64,000 nucleotides of DNA from Daphnia carinata (lineage: Eukaryota). The stretch spans positions 13,826,001 to 13,890,000 of the forward strand of contig NC_081331.1 in the NCBI RefSeq assembly GCF_022539665.2. Direction: 5' to 3'. The translations under genes and the position numbers were made by a program. Shown here piece by piece: positions 60,815 to 64,000 of this stretch. How positions within the stretch are numbered: the first letter of the stretch is position 1; each line of letters starts with the position of its first letter. The notes below the pieces were generated by a model. It did not search any database. It saw only the letters and a list, made by a program, of their open reading frames with translations, and was not told where the DNA came from.

Positions 60815-63800
60815 TCATTGCGGCGTTTGATTACTGTTGCCGCCATTGCTGACGTTGCGTGACGCACGCGGTGGCAATTCGCCCACAATCTGGATGACCT
60901 CACTGATTTCCGTCGAAGAAGAGAAACCCAACACGATGGCGCCCTCCGGGAAGAGGGTGATTGAAGAATCATCCGGCACTTCGGTGACGACTGGGCCGCT
61001 CGTTTCAATCAACGTCGGCGCACCTGTTGTTGACTCTTGCTGCTGCGCTACGGTCACATCCGCTACCGTTTGAATGGTTGTAACAGGAGCAGATGTGGTC
61101 GTCGTGATTGCTACCTCTGTTGTTGATGTTGTCGCCTCCGTGACCGTCGTGCTACTGGCAGTTGAAGTCGTGCTGGCAAGTCCCGAACTGGCCGACCTGC
61201 CTCTCGATCTGATCCTCTCGCCAATTTGTTGGGCTTGAATGGAAACCCCATTCACTTCCGGCGTGTTAGATGTACGATTTCTATCAAATCGGATTGCATT
61301 TTTCATTTTTAACCAAATTTAAATGGAGAAACAAAAATCAACTAAACTTTTTACCTCAAGAGTCGAGTCGTACGGGCGGAAAGAGCCGGAAGTTCGACTT
61401 CCACCAGAGTTTCCGGTGTGGTAGACGAGGCAAGTGGACGGAAGCGGTTAGCTGGAGGTCTCGTAGGTGTTAGACGGATCGTTGTTGTTTCTTCAACCGG
61501 CTGCGATGTGGTGGTCGTCGTTGTAGTTGGTCTGGCCGGCCGTCTGGCAAGTAATCCGGCTAATCCATTGGTGGATGCGACGGTGGCTTCGGTAGTTGCA
61601 TTCGAAGCCGATGGATTCTGTTCGATTTCAGCAACGCTGGACGATTCACTGGCCACTGAACGGGCAGTGGTTGTCCGAGTTCCAGGCCGTCGTCCACTGA
61701 TGATACTGGCCACTGCAGCTGATCCTGTTCCAGCGTTCGATTCAATTCGCACCGGAGCCTCGGTTGTTGTTGTTGTTCTGACAGACGGTCGACGAGCTAA
61801 AAGGCCGGCCAATCCACCTGGAGTGGATGGAGTTTCAACGGTCTCAGTTGGGGTAGTGACGGTCGTTGGGGTCTCATCGTCCGATGCTTCATCGTTTGAT
61901 TCAATGACCAGTAGAGGTGCAATGGTTGTCGTAGTAGGTCGGACACCTGGCCGACGTCCGCTCACCAGACTGGCCAAGGTATTGTTCGTTGTGGCAACTG
62001 GAGCAGCTGGAGCAACTGGAGCAGCAGCTTCTATTTCTGTGCCATTTTGCGATTCGGTGATGGCGCGGGCTGTTGTTGTCCGGCCAGCACCAGGTCTTCG
62101 ACCACCAAAAAGCCCGGCAATTCCATTCGTTGAGTTAGTTGTCACTGGAATGTCGTTCGATGTTCCAGGCGTTGCCTGATCATCAGGTCTGGCAGTTGTC
62201 GTTCGTCCAGTTCCTGGCCTTCTACCGCTAATGATGCTGGCCACTGCAGCTGATCCTATTCCATCGTTCGATTCAGTTAGGACTGGAGCTTCGGTTGTTG
62301 TTGTAGTTCTAGCTGTAGGCCTTCGAGCTAAAAGACTGGCCAGTCCACCAATAGCGGGCGCTGCTTCAGTCGATGTCTGTTGTTGAGTTGTCGTCTCAAT
62401 AGCCTGAATAGCTGGGACGCTCGTATCGATCCTACGGCCACCTCCTGGCCGTCTTCCGCTCAATAAACCTGTCAATCCCGTCGTGGAGATGGGCGCGGCC
62501 GTGCTGCTGGGCCTCCTCCTACCCCCGAAAGAGTTCGATGAAATGCCAAACGATTCCACTGAGAAATTCTCTTCTTCCTCCACAACATCTTCATCGTCGA
62601 AGATATCGATGTTGTCGTTGATCTCCTCGTCCAGCAATTGCTCAGCCGAATCGATGAACACATCGCGAGTGGTCGTTGTCGTTCGCGTGGTAGTCGTCCG
62701 TCCAGATCCTGGCCGTCTAGCGCTAATTAAATTAGCCACTGCGGCTGATCCTGTTCCGGTATTCTCCGCTTGAATTGGAGCCTCGCTAACGACGGGACTG
62801 GCCGTTGTCGTCCTCCTTCGACCGCCAAAGAGAGAAGCAATTCCACCGCCATTGTTGGCACGGACCGTCGTCGAACTCGATTCGCTAGTGACTTCTGCGA
62901 TGGAAGCAGCGGTCGTCGTGGCAACGGTGGAAACAGTCGGCCTTCCTCTAATTCCCAGACGAGCTGTGACAGCAATGGCTGGAACTGCGGTTGTTGTCGT
63001 TGTTGTAATCAATTGAACAGCGTCAGTGGCGGCGGCGGTCGTGCTGGGAACAGCGGTTGTTCTTCTTCTACCGGCGAAAAGAGAAACTACACTTTTGGGG
63101 GTCTCCGTTGATTGGCTATCGGTGACGTTGCCTTCTTGGCCGCCCGCTGTGCTGATTGAAGTGCTTTCGGTCGGAACAGCCGCTTCGACGGTGGTCGTAG
63201 AAGGCTCAGCTGTGGTTGTTGTTGTGGTTGTTGTTGTTGTTGTCGGCCTCGAAACGGGCTCAGTCGTTGTCACGACGTTCACTTCTTGCGGGATTGGGGT
63301 AGTGACGGGTTCTTGTACCAGAACCGGGGCGACGGTCGTCGTGGTCAGGTCGACCTTCACCGTGGTCGGGCTTTCAGTTGTTGTTGATGGCCTTCTTCGG
63401 TTATTGGGGAGAGATACAACCACAGTTGGAGTTGAGATAGATACCTGATTTTCAACTGCAACGTCTTCTACAGATCGGGCCGTTGTTGATGTTGGTCTCC
63501 TGCGAATAGCTCCAGGACGTCGGCCGCCGAATGATTGACCTCCTTGAACGACTGCAACGGGAATTTCATTGATGGCCACGGATGCAGCAGTTGTTGATGT
63601 CACGCTAGCAACCGTAGGCCTACGCCCTCCGATTCTTCGATTACCTCCACGACGTGTAGAAGATGGTTCGACTGTTGCTGTTGTTGTAGATGTCGTTGAT
63701 GCCTCTGTCGTGCTAGTAACTGTGGTCGGAGACTCGGTTGTGGTCGTAGATGTAATCACGGTAGTCGGGGCGTCAGTTGATTTCACTTCAGACTCCGTGG

Positions 63801-64000
63801 CTACGATGATGTTCTCCACGCTGGTAGATTCGCTCGATTCGGTTGTTGTTGTTGTAAAAAACGAATCGAAAATCGATTGAGTCGTTGATCGAACAGCCTG
63901 GGGTCTAGCCCTCGGCGCTGCTGATGTTGTTGGGATGGACGTTCGAGCTTCGGTGGTTGATTCTAAAGTTGTCTCATCAATCTGAACAGTTGCAGTGGTT
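60815..64000 (-). CDS. Large Thr/Ser-rich mucin-like protein, 3' part. Exons >64000-61355 and 61280-60815; 5' end lies outside the window
   Basis: Frame open from the window end to the donor at 61354; acceptor at 61281; phase-2 junction joins the two ORFs; poly-Thr tracts with repeated (G/A)L(A)xL(L/F)x(G)RRP motifs. Confidence 0.88.

Noticed and set aside
61418..63880. Val-rich plus-strand ORFs
   Set aside because: Antisense of the poly-Thr codons of the mucin-like gene

Overview
This is eukaryotic arthropod genomic DNA, most likely a Daphnia-type branchiopod. That assignment is inferred from the short introns (mostly 55-110 nt), TATA plus TCAGT initiators and the gene family content. The window holds two nested clusters. 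(1) A cuticle or secreted structural protein cluster (1-27.4 kb and 45.6-56.4 kb). It contains two divergent R&R (Chitin_bind_4) genes, four short 'DSAIIxSDRLGGNFAY' genes (family B), five Pro/Ala/Val-rich '[10 protein letters not shown]...QHPTKVNV' genes with variable YDFPAP repeats (family A), several orphan secreted proteins, and duplicated pseudogene fragments. One fragment is a scrambled A/B chimera. (2) A tandem array of eight 6-exon gustatory receptor (7tm_7) genes at 27.9-45.1 kb, one of them frameshifted. An atypical tRNA-Val(CAC) sits in the divergent GR7/GR8 spacer. The 3' part of a large Thr-rich mucin-like gene closes the window. The most notable observations are: an RFX/X-box-like palindrome about 64-92 bp upstream of 7 of 8 GR genes; the circularly permuted A/B chimera joined at a microhomology; a fully paired tRNA-Val with a Gly-like acceptor stem; a W-x4-C-x5-C-P-x-V motif in two orphan secreted proteins; single Cys residues at both ends of family A proteins; and two GC-AG first introns. 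All calls were made by eye; no database searches were run.
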